Part shown: one piece after another, positions 1-9,492 of the stretch | How positions within the stretch are numbered: position 1 is the first letter of the stretch | Layout of the letters: each line of letters opens with the position of its first letter | NCBI GenBank assembly: GCA_965224085.1 | Contig: CBDCYI010000009.1 | Span: 256,001-320,000, forward strand | DNA from: Candidatus Marinacidobacterales bacterium | GTDB taxonomy: Bacteria; Acidobacteriota; Vicinamibacteria; Marinacidobacterales; SMYC01 | Direction: 5' to 3' | Length of the DNA: 64,000 nt | Made by a program: the position numbers and the translations under genes | Notes under the pieces: model-generated | What the model was told of the DNA's origin: nothing | The model's database searches: none | Seen by the model: the letters and a program-made list of their open reading frames with translations, nothing else

Positions 1-425
1 TCCTCTCCCTGCTCGATATCACCCTCGAGACCACGGTCTCGGGAATGGGCGTTGCCCACCTACTGGACAGTTCGGGTGGAGAAGCTCCGAGGACCGCGAT
101 CTCTCGCTTGGTCCTCCCGAACGACAATGTATCCGTCTCGGCGAGAACGAAGACGTACAAGTATCTAGTGAACCAGGAGTCGGATCGTCGACGTGAGGTC
201 CTTTACGATTTGGTGCGCGACCCCGGGGAGCAGGAGCCGGTCACTTTGAGACTCGTGCGGGGCACGAAAAGTTTGAGTGCACTGGATGGCTTCAGGAAAA
301 CGCTCATGGATGCGGAATTGCGAGAGGTCGACGTCCGCGAAGCTCATGGCGGAGCTCGAAACGAACGCGTCGAGGTGCCGGACGATGTCGAAGAGCAGTT
401 GCGATCTCTCGGCTACGTTCCATGA
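1..425 (+). CDS. Sulfatase-family protein, C-terminal part (runs in from window edge)
   Basis: Frame is open from the edge. YKYLVN...LYDLVRDPGEQ and terminal EEQLRSLGYV are typical sulfatase C-terminal motifs. Confidence 0.7.
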   Translation, partial: LSLLDITLETTVSGMGVAHLLDSSGGEAPRTAISRLVLPNDNVSVSARTKTYKYLVNQESDRRREVLYDLVRDPGEQEPVTLRLVRGTKSLSALDGFRKTLMDAELREVDVREAHGGARNERVEVPDDVEEQLRSLGYVP

Positions 426-484
426 GCTCAGGCGTCGCTGAGTCGTAGCACGACTATTGGCAACATGCGTGAACGCTCCACGCC

Positions 485-640
485 GTGATCGATGTGACCG
501 GTTCCATCGAGAAAGACAAATGGGCCGACATGATTGTCCTCAACCACAACCTGTTCGAGATTTCCGAAACCGAAATCCACAAGACGGAGATCCAGAAACA
601 ATCTTCAAAGGAAACGTGGTCGACGAAAAGCGCTAATGCG
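485..640 (+). pseudogene. C-terminal remnant of a YtcJ-like amidohydrolase
   Basis: TGSIEKDKWADMIVLNHNLFEISETEIHKT matches the GSIExGKxADxxVL C-terminal motif. No N-terminal part; reading decays after ~600. Confidence 0.6.
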
Positions 641-840
641 GGACGTCGCGATCGCCTGATGCCTGGCTCACTCTGGAGATACGCCACGGAGCCAGGGCGA
701 CACAGCTGCCCCCGACTTTGGCGCGATCGAAAGCAAATTTCTCTTTGCTCGCTCCCCTCCTCGTTCGGTTTTTCGTTAAGCAGGCGGCCAACTGAGAACA
801 TAAACATCGTCCTGTAGCTTCGGGCGACTCCTGCCTACTC

Positions 841-1245
841 GAAGTGAGGTGTACCGCGCCCGTGACACGAAGCTCGACCGTGACGTCGCGATCAAAGTCC
901 TTCCTGGGAGTTTGCAGGCGACGACGAACGCCTGGTCGGTTCGAGCGGGAGGCCAAGCTCCTCGCGTCGCTGAACCGTGCGAACATCGCGAGCATCTTCG
1001 GGTTCGAGTCGGGCGCGCTCGTTCTCGAGTTCGTCGAGGGACCGACACTCGCTGAGCGGATCGAGCAAAGGCCGATCCCGGTCGAGGACGCCATCGCCAT
1101 TGCGAAGCAAATTGCTGAGGCGCTCGAGGCGGGCCACGAGGCAGCCGTCACCCACCGCGACTTGAAGCCCGCCATCATCAGGCTTCAAAGAAGACGGCAC
1201 GATCAAGGTCCTCGACTATGGGCTCGCGAAAGCGCTCGATCAGTG
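841..1245 (+). pseudogene. Frameshifted and truncated Ser/Thr protein kinase
   Basis: VYRARDTKLDRDVAIKVLP, RFEREAKLLASLN...HRDLKPA and GTIKVLDYGLAKAL are separated by frameshifts. Later subdomains are absent. Confidence 0.85.
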
Positions 1246-1384
1246 TTTCACGGTCGAGCTCGGCGAGCCAGAGACTCGGCCGAGTTCCATCGTAGATGGT
1301 GAGAACGACTACGGCCTCCCGTCGTGGACGAGGAGAGGCCTGGCTCCACCTATCCGTAGCCCGAAAGCTCCGAGCTCGAGGAAT

Positions 1385-1398
1385 GATAGGAAATTTCA
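1385..1398 (-). mobile_element. IS91/ISCR-like oriIS end motif (copy 1)
   Basis: Minus strand reads TGAAATTTCCTATC, an identical 14-mer to 2224-2237 and 2241-2254. Resembles the IS91-family ori consensus (TTGAAnTTCCTAT). Confidence 0.55.
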
Positions 1399-1596
1399 TG
1401 CCGCGCGGAGCAAGCGGGGGCGAGCCAAGCTGAAACGTGGACGATTGCCGCGAGGGAGGAGCTCGCGTTAGGAGAAACTGGGCTGCGTACTGCTTGGAAG
1501 AGAGATTGGGTTCGTCGGTTGAGAGTTTCTCTTCCTCGGAAGATGCGGGTCGCAGTTGCGAATCGTCTTTCTTCTAATCGGCCCGAGTTTTTGACC

Positions 1597-2223
1597 TCAG
1601 CCACGCGGAGAGCCCACTCGATCTGCCACGATGCGGAGAAGCCTGGCGAGCCCCTCCTCGAGTACGGAAGGCTCGGTGAGTAAGCTCACGACGACGTGGG
1701 CCTCTTGCGAAAAGCCGAAGAAAAGTCCCGGATGAAGATATACGGAGGCTTGCCTCAAGACGTCGAACGCCCAGGCCTCGGAGCTCGCGACAGCGGGAAG
1801 TCGCACGGGCTGGTACCAGCCGCTATCGACCGGCAGCACGGAGATCGACACCGCGGCTCGAGCCTCGCGAGACAGCATTTCGAGATTGCTCGCGGTGCGC
1901 GACCGGATGGCTCGACGCAAACCGGGCGCAAGGTCTAGAAGCCGGGGCGCGGCCAGCTGCACCGCCGTCCCGACGGATAAATAAGTGTCGGCGACGTGCT
2001 CGAGGCGCGCGAGCGCTTCCCGGCGCCTTTCGAGAGCGCCCGCGACCGCGATCCAAGCGAGTTTCATCTGCGGAAGCCCCGCGAGCTTGGAAAGACCGCT
2101 CAAAACGAAAACCAGACCCCGGTGGGCGTCGGCAAAGCTTCGCTGCGTCCCGGAGAACGGATAGTCGAGAAAGGCTTCATCCACGATCAAGGCGAGGCCG
2201 AGCGCCTGCGAAAAATCGAGAAG
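1597..2223 (-). pseudogene. Class I/II PLP aminotransferase, 5'-truncated
   Basis: LIVDEAFLDY and SGLSKLAGLPQMKLAW (PLP lysine) are present. About 180 N-terminal aa are missing, and the ORF-track start lies inside the oriIS-like motif. Confidence 0.8.
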
Positions 2224-2257
2224 GATAGGAAATTTCAAAGGATAGGAAATTTCAAAG
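2221..2257. repeat. 17-bp tandem duplication AAGGATAGGAAATTTCA x2
   Basis: Exact copies at 2221-2237 and 2238-2254, plus AAG. Confidence 0.95.
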
Positions 2258-2285
2258 CCCTCCCAGGGCGTTCCATTGCGTTTTC

Positions 2286-2323
2286 TCCAGCTTGACCGAC
2301 GTGGTCCAGCTTGACCGACGTGG
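2286..2323. repeat. 19-bp tandem duplication TCCAGCTTGACCGACGTGG x2
   Basis: Exact copies at 2286-2304 and 2305-2323. Confidence 0.95.
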
Positions 2324-2581
2324 CGTCACGTCATTCAGTATCGGTGACATTGGCAAAGGGCATATAGCAAGACAAAGGCGGTGAGGGCGGAGGGGTTTTC
2401 GTAGGTGAAGACACAGGTATGGCGGGCGTTGCCAAAGAAACGGCACAGAGGAGATGAAGGGAAGAGAGCGAAGCTACGGCTGAGGAGGAGCGCGGGAGTG
2501 GGTCTTGGGCTTTTTGAAATGATCCAAGATTTTACGAATGACTTTCTGTTCGGTCGTATAGGTTTCATAATGCCCCCTTTT

Positions 2582-4381
2582 CTACAATCCAGGAATCCTG
2601 GGAGTTTTGGAGTCGCGAGGGGTTGTTCGCGGACGGTAGTCCTTCGAAGCCTGCACGGCATTTTGGACTCTCGGTTCGTCGAGGTCGCTACGGCGGATGC
2701 TCCATGGTACCCAGGGCGCGGGTTGAACGGCGGGCAGGATGCCGCGTCCGATGATGCGACGCACGGTCATGGTGCAGACGCCGAGAATGTTCGCGGCCTC
2801 ATTGAGGGTGAGCATCTCGCTCGGCTGGTCGTTGGATCGGTTTAGTGCCGGGAGGTTGTGGTAGGAGCGGTACGCCCTGACACGGCCGGCGTTCCAGGTG
2901 AGCCCCCTGGCTGTGCGGATGCCAACCCGGTTGAGGGTCAAGGCGATGTCCTCGTCGGAAAAGCGTCCCGCCATCTGCGTGAGGATCTCCACAGTCTTCT
3001 CGGCGCCGACGCGGCGATGGCCCGTGGTGTTCTTCCTGACGCGGTGCGCCGAGTGGATACCGCCCCTCCAGTGAACAACGGCTTCGATGGTGTCGCCAGC
3101 CTCGTTGACGTCGACAACGATCTCTTCGACGAGCGTGCGCACGATGCGCTTCTTGAGGCGCATGTCTGTCGACGGAGCCTCCCATACCCGGGCGAAGTCG
3201 GAGCCGAGCGTGAGTAGCTCCTTCGTATCGATGACCTGCTGCGATGAAGGAGCTTGCTCCAGTTCGCGAAGACGCTCCTCGAGCGCGCGCACCCGCAAAA
3301 GCGTCTCGTTCCAGCGCCGCTCGAGCTCGCCCGTCACCAGCCGATTCTCGGGGTCGGAGGCGTCGTACTGGCGAAAGCTCGGCTCGGCCTCGTAGCGCGC
3401 TTGCTCCACTTCCAGCTCCACCGCCCTAAGATGCTCGTTCCTCTTCTCCACCGCCGCCCGCCCCGCCGCGATCGCGGCTTCGATCGCGCCGGGCTCCACC
3501 ACCTTGAGGACGTCTTCCTCAACCGCTCGCTCCAGGCTGGTTCCGCGAAAGCTCAGACAGCTCGGCTCGCCGTATCGGTTGGCGGCGCCCCGACATCGAT
3601 ACAAAGCCACGCCCTCTTTGCCGGAGTAATGCACGTGGAGCTTGCGCCCGCAACGGCCACAGCGAAGTAGTCCTGCGAGTAAAGCGCCTCCTGGTCGAGG
3701 CGCACCCCTGGCCATGCGTCCTTTCATGTTGGCATTGTCCGCCAAAATCTTCTGATTCCGCTCATATTCTTCCCACGTGATGTAACCAGGATGATGGTCC
3801 TGGATCAACACCGTCCACTCCGAGCGCGGCTTGTGATGACCGCGCGTGACATGAGCACGCTCGTCCACGATGCTCGTGCGTGAGCCCGTTCGGCCAAAGG
3901 CGTAGGCACCCGCATAGATGGGGTTGTTTAACATGCTCAGAACCATCCCGTAGCTTGGCAACGCCCAAACGAGCTCCGAATCCAAGCGGCGGCCACGGCG
4001 CTTGGGTAGCGATATCTGCTGTTCACGCATCCACAACAAGCTCTGGCGCGCGCTGCCCAGCTCGCGGAACTTCGCAAACACCATGTCGAGGGCTTGTTGG
4101 ATGCGCAGGTCAGCGCTTTTGTCGAGCCCTCCCTCGACGCTCCACTGGAAGCCCACCGGAATGAGGAATCGCAGCTCGCCGCGGACCGCCTTCTGATGCC
4201 TCGCCTCATGCGAGCGTTGACGAAACAGTGTCAGCTCGTACTCGCTCATCGTGCCCTTGAGGCCGAGCAACAGTCGGTCGTTGCTAAAGCGCGGGTCGTA
4301 CACACCCTCGGGGTCGATCAGCAGCGCTCCCACCAAACTGCACAGATCAATCAGGTGATGCCAGTCGAAGCACTCTGGCAA
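2582..4381 (-). pseudogene. Large serine recombinase (recombinase domain, Zn ribbon, coiled coil, C-terminal MerR-like HTH), N-terminally truncated
   Basis: DWHHLIDLC...YDPRFSNDRLLLGLKGTMSEYEL, NPIYAGAY, LLRCGRCG and LTLNEAANILGVCTMTVRRII are present. The N-terminal YxRxS catalytic-serine region is missing. Confidence 0.85.
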
Positions 4382-4420
4382 GCAATGAGTCTTTTCATAG
4401 GGTTTGGGAAATCCGCGGGA

Positions 4421-4918
4421 TCATACCAAACGCTTTTCGAGCTTGCCCGTCATGAGAAATGACTTGAAGCGCTTCCACTGCAAAAGGCCGTAATACCAGG
4501 CGAAGACGACGAGCACGGCGAGCCCCAAGACATCCGAGATGACGTTGTAGGGATTTAACATGCCGTAGAGCCACTGGTCGAGCGGAAGATCACGGTAGCC
4601 GAACGCGCCGGTCAAAGGCCATAGCGCAACCCAAGGGCGCATCCACATGCGATCGCAAAGCTGGTGGAACCAGAGCGCGAGGACGTAGACGAGAGGCTTC
4701 CGCCACAGGAGAAGGACGGCTGAGAGTGCGAGGTTGACCGCCAGTGAGTGGAACCACACGCGCCCATTATTAATGGTCTCACTAAAGATGATGAGACCGA
4801 AAGGCTTGTCGATGATGTCGGCCAGAAGCGTGAGCAAGACGACGAAGCGCAGGTCCGCCTTTTTGTCCATGGCGTGACAAGTAACGCTCGCCGATGCGAC
4901 GTGACCAAGGACCAACAC
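4421..4918 (-). CDS. Membrane-bound metal-dependent hydrolase (YdjM-like)
   Basis: LGH...LADIIDKP...WFHSL...HQLCD His/Asp motifs in a hydrophobic protein. GTG start chosen. Confidence 0.75.
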   Translation of the reverse strand: MLVLGHVASASVTCHAMDKKADLRFVVLLTLLADIIDKPFGLIIFSETINNGRVWFHSLAVNLALSAVLLLWRKPLVYVLALWFHQLCDRMWMRPWVALWPLTGAFGYRDLPLDQWLYGMLNPYNVISDVLGLAVLVVFAWYYGLLQWKRFKSFLMTGKLEKRLV

Positions 4919-4940
4919 GAGAGGAAAAAAACGGTAGGCG

Positions 4941-5477
4941 CTACAAGCGGAGCACGAATCGCTTGCCTTCGAGCTCGAGTTCGACTTCTCTTTCACCGAT
5001 GCGCACCACGCGCGCACCTTCGATGAGGTCGCCTTCGAAGACACGCTGATCGCTTATCACAGCGACGGGATCGCCATCGATTACAGAGGTTCCTTGCAAT
5101 ACGAGGCGCGGGATCATCAGGTCGCTTTCGACAGGTTCCGTTTCCGGCTCCGGTTGCGTCGGCTCTTCCACCTCGTCTGCGTCGAATGGTGGTGCAGAAT
5201 CACGCATGGTGGCCCGTTCGCGGCCCACGACACGGATCGGCGCGGCGGGTACGTCCTCGGGCGGTGGAGCCGCCGTGGGAGGCGTCTCAATCAGAGCAGC
5301 CGGTGCGGATGCGGGCGCCCTAGTGGCGTCCACCACGTTCTCCGGCTCGGGCTCGGCGGGTGGCTCAGGCTCGGGCTCGCGCAACGGCGGAAGCAGCGCG
5401 AGCTCGTCGTCTCCATTCGCCAGTGCAAGCGTCGCCGTCGGTTTGGGAAGCCCGCTGGTCGATACGGATTTCGACAT
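4941..5477 (-). CDS. GspB/ExeB-like protein (Pro/Glu-rich linker plus T2SS-B C-terminal domain), possibly N-truncated
   Basis: C-terminal LVLQGTSVIDGDPVAVISDQRVFEGDLIEGARVVRIGEREVEL; lies directly downstream of the exeA-like gene. Confidence 0.65.
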   Translation of the reverse strand: MSKSVSTSGLPKPTATLALANGDDELALLPPLREPEPEPPAEPEPENVVDATRAPASAPAALIETPPTAAPPPEDVPAAPIRVVGRERATMRDSAPPFDADEVEEPTQPEPETEPVESDLMIPRLVLQGTSVIDGDPVAVISDQRVFEGDLIEGARVVRIGEREVELELEGKRFVLRL

Positions 5478-5490
5478 TACTTTCTTCGGG

Positions 5491-6561
5491 TCATCCGAGC
5501 AAGACCGCAGAGGCCGCGCGGTGCGAGAGCTTGTCCGAAAGCGAGACGAGCCGTAGCTCGAATTGCCCCGAGAAGTCCGCCGCGTCGGGCGCGAGCAGAG
5601 CAACCTCGGCATCGTTGCTCAAGCCCCCGAAAAACGCGCTCGGGGGGAAGCTCGCGACACCGATCGAAGCGAGGGAGAAAAGGCCTATCACGAGCCCGAG
5701 GCTTGCCAGAAGCGACGTCATACCCCATCCCCAGCGACGGTACCAAGGACGTGCTTCCGACATGTTGAGCTCGCCTATCGCACGGCGCACGATGCTCCGC
5801 GTAATCTTGCGCTGCTCGAGCACGTAGGCTGCAAGGAGCGCTCGATCACAGACGAGGTTGATGAGCCTCGGAACGCCTTTTGAAAAACGCCGCGCGATTC
5901 GAATCGCGCCGGGCGTGAACTGCACGCTGTTGCTGCCACCGGCGACCACGAGACGGTGATGGATGTAGCGCGTCATCTCCTCCCGGCTCAGAGGCGTCAG
6001 GTGATAGCGCGCCGTCACGCGCTGAGCGAGCTGGCGCAAGTCTCTCTGAGCCAGTAGGTCGTTCAACTCGGACTGGCCAATGAGCACGATCTGAATGAGC
6101 TTTTCGGTGTCCGTCTCCAGGTTAGAAATGAGACGTACTTGCTCCAACACGTCCCGCGACAGGTTCTGCGCTTCATCGATGACCAGCACTATGTTCTTTC
6201 CGTGGAGCCGAGAGTCGAGGAGGAACGCGTGGAGCCCGTCGATGAGCTCTTTGTCGCTGTCGCCGTTCGGCGCAATGCCGAGATCATGATTTACCGAGCG
6301 CAAAAGCTCGGTCGTGCCGAGCGCCGGGTACAGAATGAAAGCGCTGACCGTGTCCTCGTCGAGCCGGTCGAGGAAGTAGCGGCACAAAGTGGTCTTGCCA
6401 GTGCCGACCTCACCGGTGATGACCATGAAGCCGCCGCGCTGGCGGAGTCCAAACTCGAGATGCGCAAAAGCTTCGTTGTGCTTGGTCGAAAGGTAGAGAA
6501 ATTTCGGATCTGAAGTCAGGTTGAAGGGCTTCTCTCGAAAGCCGTAAAAGGCTTCATACAT
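5491..6561 (-). CDS. exeA: ExeA/GspA-family AAA ATPase
   Basis: MYEAFYGFREKPFNLTSDPKFLY, Walker A GEVGTGKT, IDEAQNL, GVPRLINLVCDRALL, then a TM segment. No peptidoglycan-binding domain seen. Confidence 0.9.
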   Translation of the reverse strand: MYEAFYGFREKPFNLTSDPKFLYLSTKHNEAFAHLEFGLRQRGGFMVITGEVGTGKTTLCRYFLDRLDEDTVSAFILYPALGTTELLRSVNHDLGIAPNGDSDKELIDGLHAFLLDSRLHGKNIVLVIDEAQNLSRDVLEQVRLISNLETDTEKLIQIVLIGQSELNDLLAQRDLRQLAQRVTARYHLTPLSREEMTRYIHHRLVVAGGSNSVQFTPGAIRIARRFSKGVPRLINLVCDRALLAAYVLEQRKITRSIVRRAIGELNMSEARPWYRRWGWGMTSLLASLGLVIGLFSLASIGVASFPPSAFFGGLSNDAEVALLAPDAADFSGQFELRLVSLSDKLSHRAASAVLLG

Positions 6562-6782
6562 CGTACATTCGGCCTTGGCTCACCAGAAACGACACTTGTT
6601 TCAAGGGATCGACTTTAGCACAATCTCGAGGCTTACTAAAGTCGAGGGTCCTTCGCCACCGTCATTATTCCGAAGTTCTTCCGAAGCCTCCCTCTAGATG
6701 GGAACTCGATTACGCTCTCTGTGCAAGAATTCACAAGCAAGTCAAGCTGGTATGTATAAGCTTGGGCACGGAGGAACGACCT

Positions 6783-7613
6783 ATGAACCAATTTTTCTTG
6801 GCAGCTATGATTGGTGCGCTCGCCAACGGATGTGGAGCCCCGCTGGCGAGCCCAATCGCGGGAGACATCTCGTCTGTGCTCGAGCGCGGCATCGCCGACG
6901 GCACCGGCGGCTTCGACCACAGCCGGTGGGACGAGCTGCTCGTCGCTTACGCGCAGGACGGCGGCCGCCAGTTCGACTATGCCGGTCTGAAGCAGGACGA
7001 GGACAAATTCGACGCCTATTTGTCGCGGCTCGCGAAGGCCGACCTGAACTCTCTCGCCGCGAACGAGATAAAGACGCTTTTTATTAACGCGTACAACGCC
7101 TATACCGTCCGAGGTATCTTCGAACAGGTCACCGACGACGGTACCTACAAGATCGCGAGCATCCGCGACATTCCGGATGTATTCAAAAGAGAAACACATG
7201 TGGTCGGCGGTTTCGAGCTCAGCCTCGACAACATGGAGCACAACATCCTACGCCCCATCTTCAAAGATCCCCGGGTACATTTTGCCGTCAACTGCGCGTC
7301 ATCGTCGTGCCCGCCGCTCCCCGAACGCGCTTTTTTGGCGGCTCGGCTCGACGTACAACTCGACGAGGTGACGAAAGCCACGCTCACCGATCCCGATTAC
7401 ATCTCGGTCGAGGACGGCTCACTACTCGTCACGAAGATCATGGAATGGTATGGCGGCGACTTCGTGAACCCCGCTTACAAAGGCTCCGAGAAAACACTCC
7501 AAGCCTACATCGCCAAATACGCAACCGAAGAAGTTACGTCCTTCATCAAAGAGAAGGGCGAAAACCTAGCCGTAAGATTCCGCAGCTACAACTGGACCCT
7601 GAACCGCCCGTAA
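6783..7613 (+). CDS. DUF547-domain lipoprotein
   Basis: Lipobox LANGC; FINAYNAYT, SLDNMEH, DPRVHFAVNCASSSCP; RBS GAGGA. Confidence 0.85.
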   Translation: MNQFFLAAMIGALANGCGAPLASPIAGDISSVLERGIADGTGGFDHSRWDELLVAYAQDGGRQFDYAGLKQDEDKFDAYLSRLAKADLNSLAANEIKTLFINAYNAYTVRGIFEQVTDDGTYKIASIRDIPDVFKRETHVVGGFELSLDNMEHNILRPIFKDPRVHFAVNCASSSCPPLPERAFLAARLDVQLDEVTKATLTDPDYISVEDGSLLVTKIMEWYGGDFVNPAYKGSEKTLQAYIAKYATEEVTSFIKEKGENLAVRFRSYNWTLNRP

Positions 7614-7655
7614 AAGAAAAACGCCCAGTCGCTAGAAATACCTAACGACGGGGCG
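7612..7655 (-). terminator. Intrinsic terminator for the TPR gene
   Basis: Imperfect stem CGCCCcGTCGtTAG/CTAgCGACtGGGCG followed by TTTTTCTTTT on the minus strand, between convergent genes. Confidence 0.6.
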
Positions 7656-7706
7656 CAAAACCTCAGATCCCGAATATCCGAATATCCATTTAGTTACGTG
7701 CTTTAG

Positions 7707-9341
7707 TTACTTGATTTTCTCCCCCCGGCCAAGAATGTCGGAGCGCTCTTGAAGCCCAGGATCGTTCACGCCGTACTCCGCCGCCTTCGCGGCGTGATCG
7801 ACGATCAAAGCGACGAGCGCATCGTCTTCCGGCGTGCACGGGCAACCGGCGCTGATTTGTCCGAACGCCGACCACGCGAGGCCCCAGTGCGCGAGACCAT
7901 AATTCGGAAAAGCCGCAAGCGCTTTTTGAAAATTATCGACCGCCTCGGGGAAACGCTGGCTGTCTTTGAGGGCGATGCCGTAATAGGCCCAACCGAGAGC
8001 GTTCGCATATTCCGGCGACATCACGGCTTTTTCGAGCGCTTCGAGCGCCGGCTGTAGCTGCTGGCTCTCGTAATGCGCGATGCCGAGCTCCGTCAAATAG
8101 TCTGCGTTTCCCGCATCGAGCGACTCGGCTTTCTGGAGCGCCGCGAGACCTTCAGCGGTTTGTTTCTGCGTGCGCAGGAGACGACCTTTCCGGTAGTGCG
8201 CTTCCGCGAGGCTGTCATCGAGCTCGGCCGCTTTCGAGAACTCCGTGATCGCGTCCGCACTGTTCTTCGCGCCCTCGTGAGAAAGGCCGAGATAGAGATG
8301 GCCCATCGCGTTGTCGGGATCCGTCGCGACTAGTTGCCGCATCACCTCCCCAAGCTCGCTGAACTTTCGCTGCTCGACATATATCTCCCCGAGCGCGACA
8401 TAGGCGACGATGAGATTCGGGTTCAGCTGAACAGCTTTCTCGTAATAGTTCGTCGCCATGCTCACATTTTCCTGGGCGTGGTAGACCTGCGCGAAGGCGA
8501 GGTTCGCGTCCGGGTCATCGGCGTTGACAGTGATGGCCATCGCGAGATCCGAATAGGCCTCATTGGTGTTTCCGAGAGCGTTGTTGGCCTTGCCGCGAAT
8601 GCCGTATGCGCGCGTCAACTGGTCGTTGAGCCCGAGTGCCTTGGAGGCCGAGTCAACGGCCCCGGGATAGTCCTCTTCGGCGAAGAGCACGTCGGCGAGC
8701 CCAGCATGAGCTTCCGCGGTGTTCGGGTCGAGCTCGAGGGCTTTTTGAAACGATGCCTTGGCCTCTTCTCGGTTTCCTTGAGCGAGCGCCGCTTCACCGA
8801 GGGTGTTATGCGCAAACGCATTGTTGGGCGCGAGCTCGAGGGCCTTCACCGCGATTAGCGCGGCTTCGTCGAGCTGGCCGGTCTTCGCCAGTCCCATCGC
8901 CAAACCAATGGCCACATCCGCGCTATCGGGGTTCATCTCGATCGCTTTGCGTCCGATTTCGACGGCCTTCACGTAATCTGCCGAGCGCGAATAGCCTATC
9001 GTCATGCCTTCGTAGCACTCGGCTTGCTCCTTGGCGTCGTCGAGATGCTCGGCGGCCAGCGCATAGGCGCTGGCTGCGTTCTGCCACTCCTCGAGTCCCC
9101 GATAGATCCGGGCGAGCTGGAGTCGAGAATCTCCATCGTCCGGAAAGTCCTGGAGAACTCGTAGAAACAGCCCGCCAGCCTTGGCGGAATCGTCCTCTTT
9201 CAACGCTTCCTCGGCTGCTTGGATGTAACGCCGAGCGTCCCGTCTAGAAAGCGGTTTGTCGTCCTGGGCCAGAACCGGCATCGCCAAACCCAAAATAAGA
9301 ATGACAAGGGTGGCCGCCTTGAAAGCCCCAAAAGTCCTCAT
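7707..9341 (-). CDS. Secreted tetratricopeptide-repeat protein
   Basis: Signal peptide ending VLA-Q; many TPR repeats (e.g. KALELDPNTAEAH); RBS AGGAGG. Confidence 0.9.
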   Translation of the reverse strand: MRTFGAFKAATLVILILGLAMPVLAQDDKPLSRRDARRYIQAAEEALKEDDSAKAGGLFLRVLQDFPDDGDSRLQLARIYRGLEEWQNAASAYALAAEHLDDAKEQAECYEGMTIGYSRSADYVKAVEIGRKAIEMNPDSADVAIGLAMGLAKTGQLDEAALIAVKALELAPNNAFAHNTLGEAALAQGNREEAKASFQKALELDPNTAEAHAGLADVLFAEEDYPGAVDSASKALGLNDQLTRAYGIRGKANNALGNTNEAYSDLAMAITVNADDPDANLAFAQVYHAQENVSMATNYYEKAVQLNPNLIVAYVALGEIYVEQRKFSELGEVMRQLVATDPDNAMGHLYLGLSHEGAKNSADAITEFSKAAELDDSLAEAHYRKGRLLRTQKQTAEGLAALQKAESLDAGNADYLTELGIAHYESQQLQPALEALEKAVMSPEYANALGWAYYGIALKDSQRFPEAVDNFQKALAAFPNYGLAHWGLAWSAFGQISAGCPCTPEDDALVALIVDHAAKAAEYGVNDPGLQERSDILGRGEKIK

Positions 9342-9492
9342 GACATCCCTCCTGTACAAACAAACTCAATAAAGCTCGGCGTAGCGAGCCGAATGCTCCG
9401 AGCATCCTATACCCAGCCGTGCGCCGCTTCAACCCTCGAATGAGGTTTGCATCGTGGGCGAACCCCGCTAACATGCGGGTGCCATCGAATTT

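Larger units (their letters stand above)
2221..2557 (-). mobile_element. IS91-family remnant: transposase C-terminal tail plus ori end
   Basis: 2557-2474(-) translates TTEQKVIRKILDHFKKPKTHSRAPPQP*, resembling the I.KIL.H...RAPP tail of IS91/ISCR transposases. It is followed ~220 nt downstream by GGCTTTGAAATTTCCTATCC. Confidence 0.65.

Noticed and set aside
5340-5380. GAGCCCGAGCC-type repeats in gspB
   Set aside because: They encode a Pro-Glu linker; coding low complexity.
5491-5493. exeA TGA as a recoded selenocysteine codon
   Set aside because: Not at a Cys-aligned position, no SECIS-like hairpin, and the downstream frame is not protein-like.
7670-7687. CCGAATAT x2 short tandem repeat
   Set aside because: Too short to interpret; lies between convergent gene ends.
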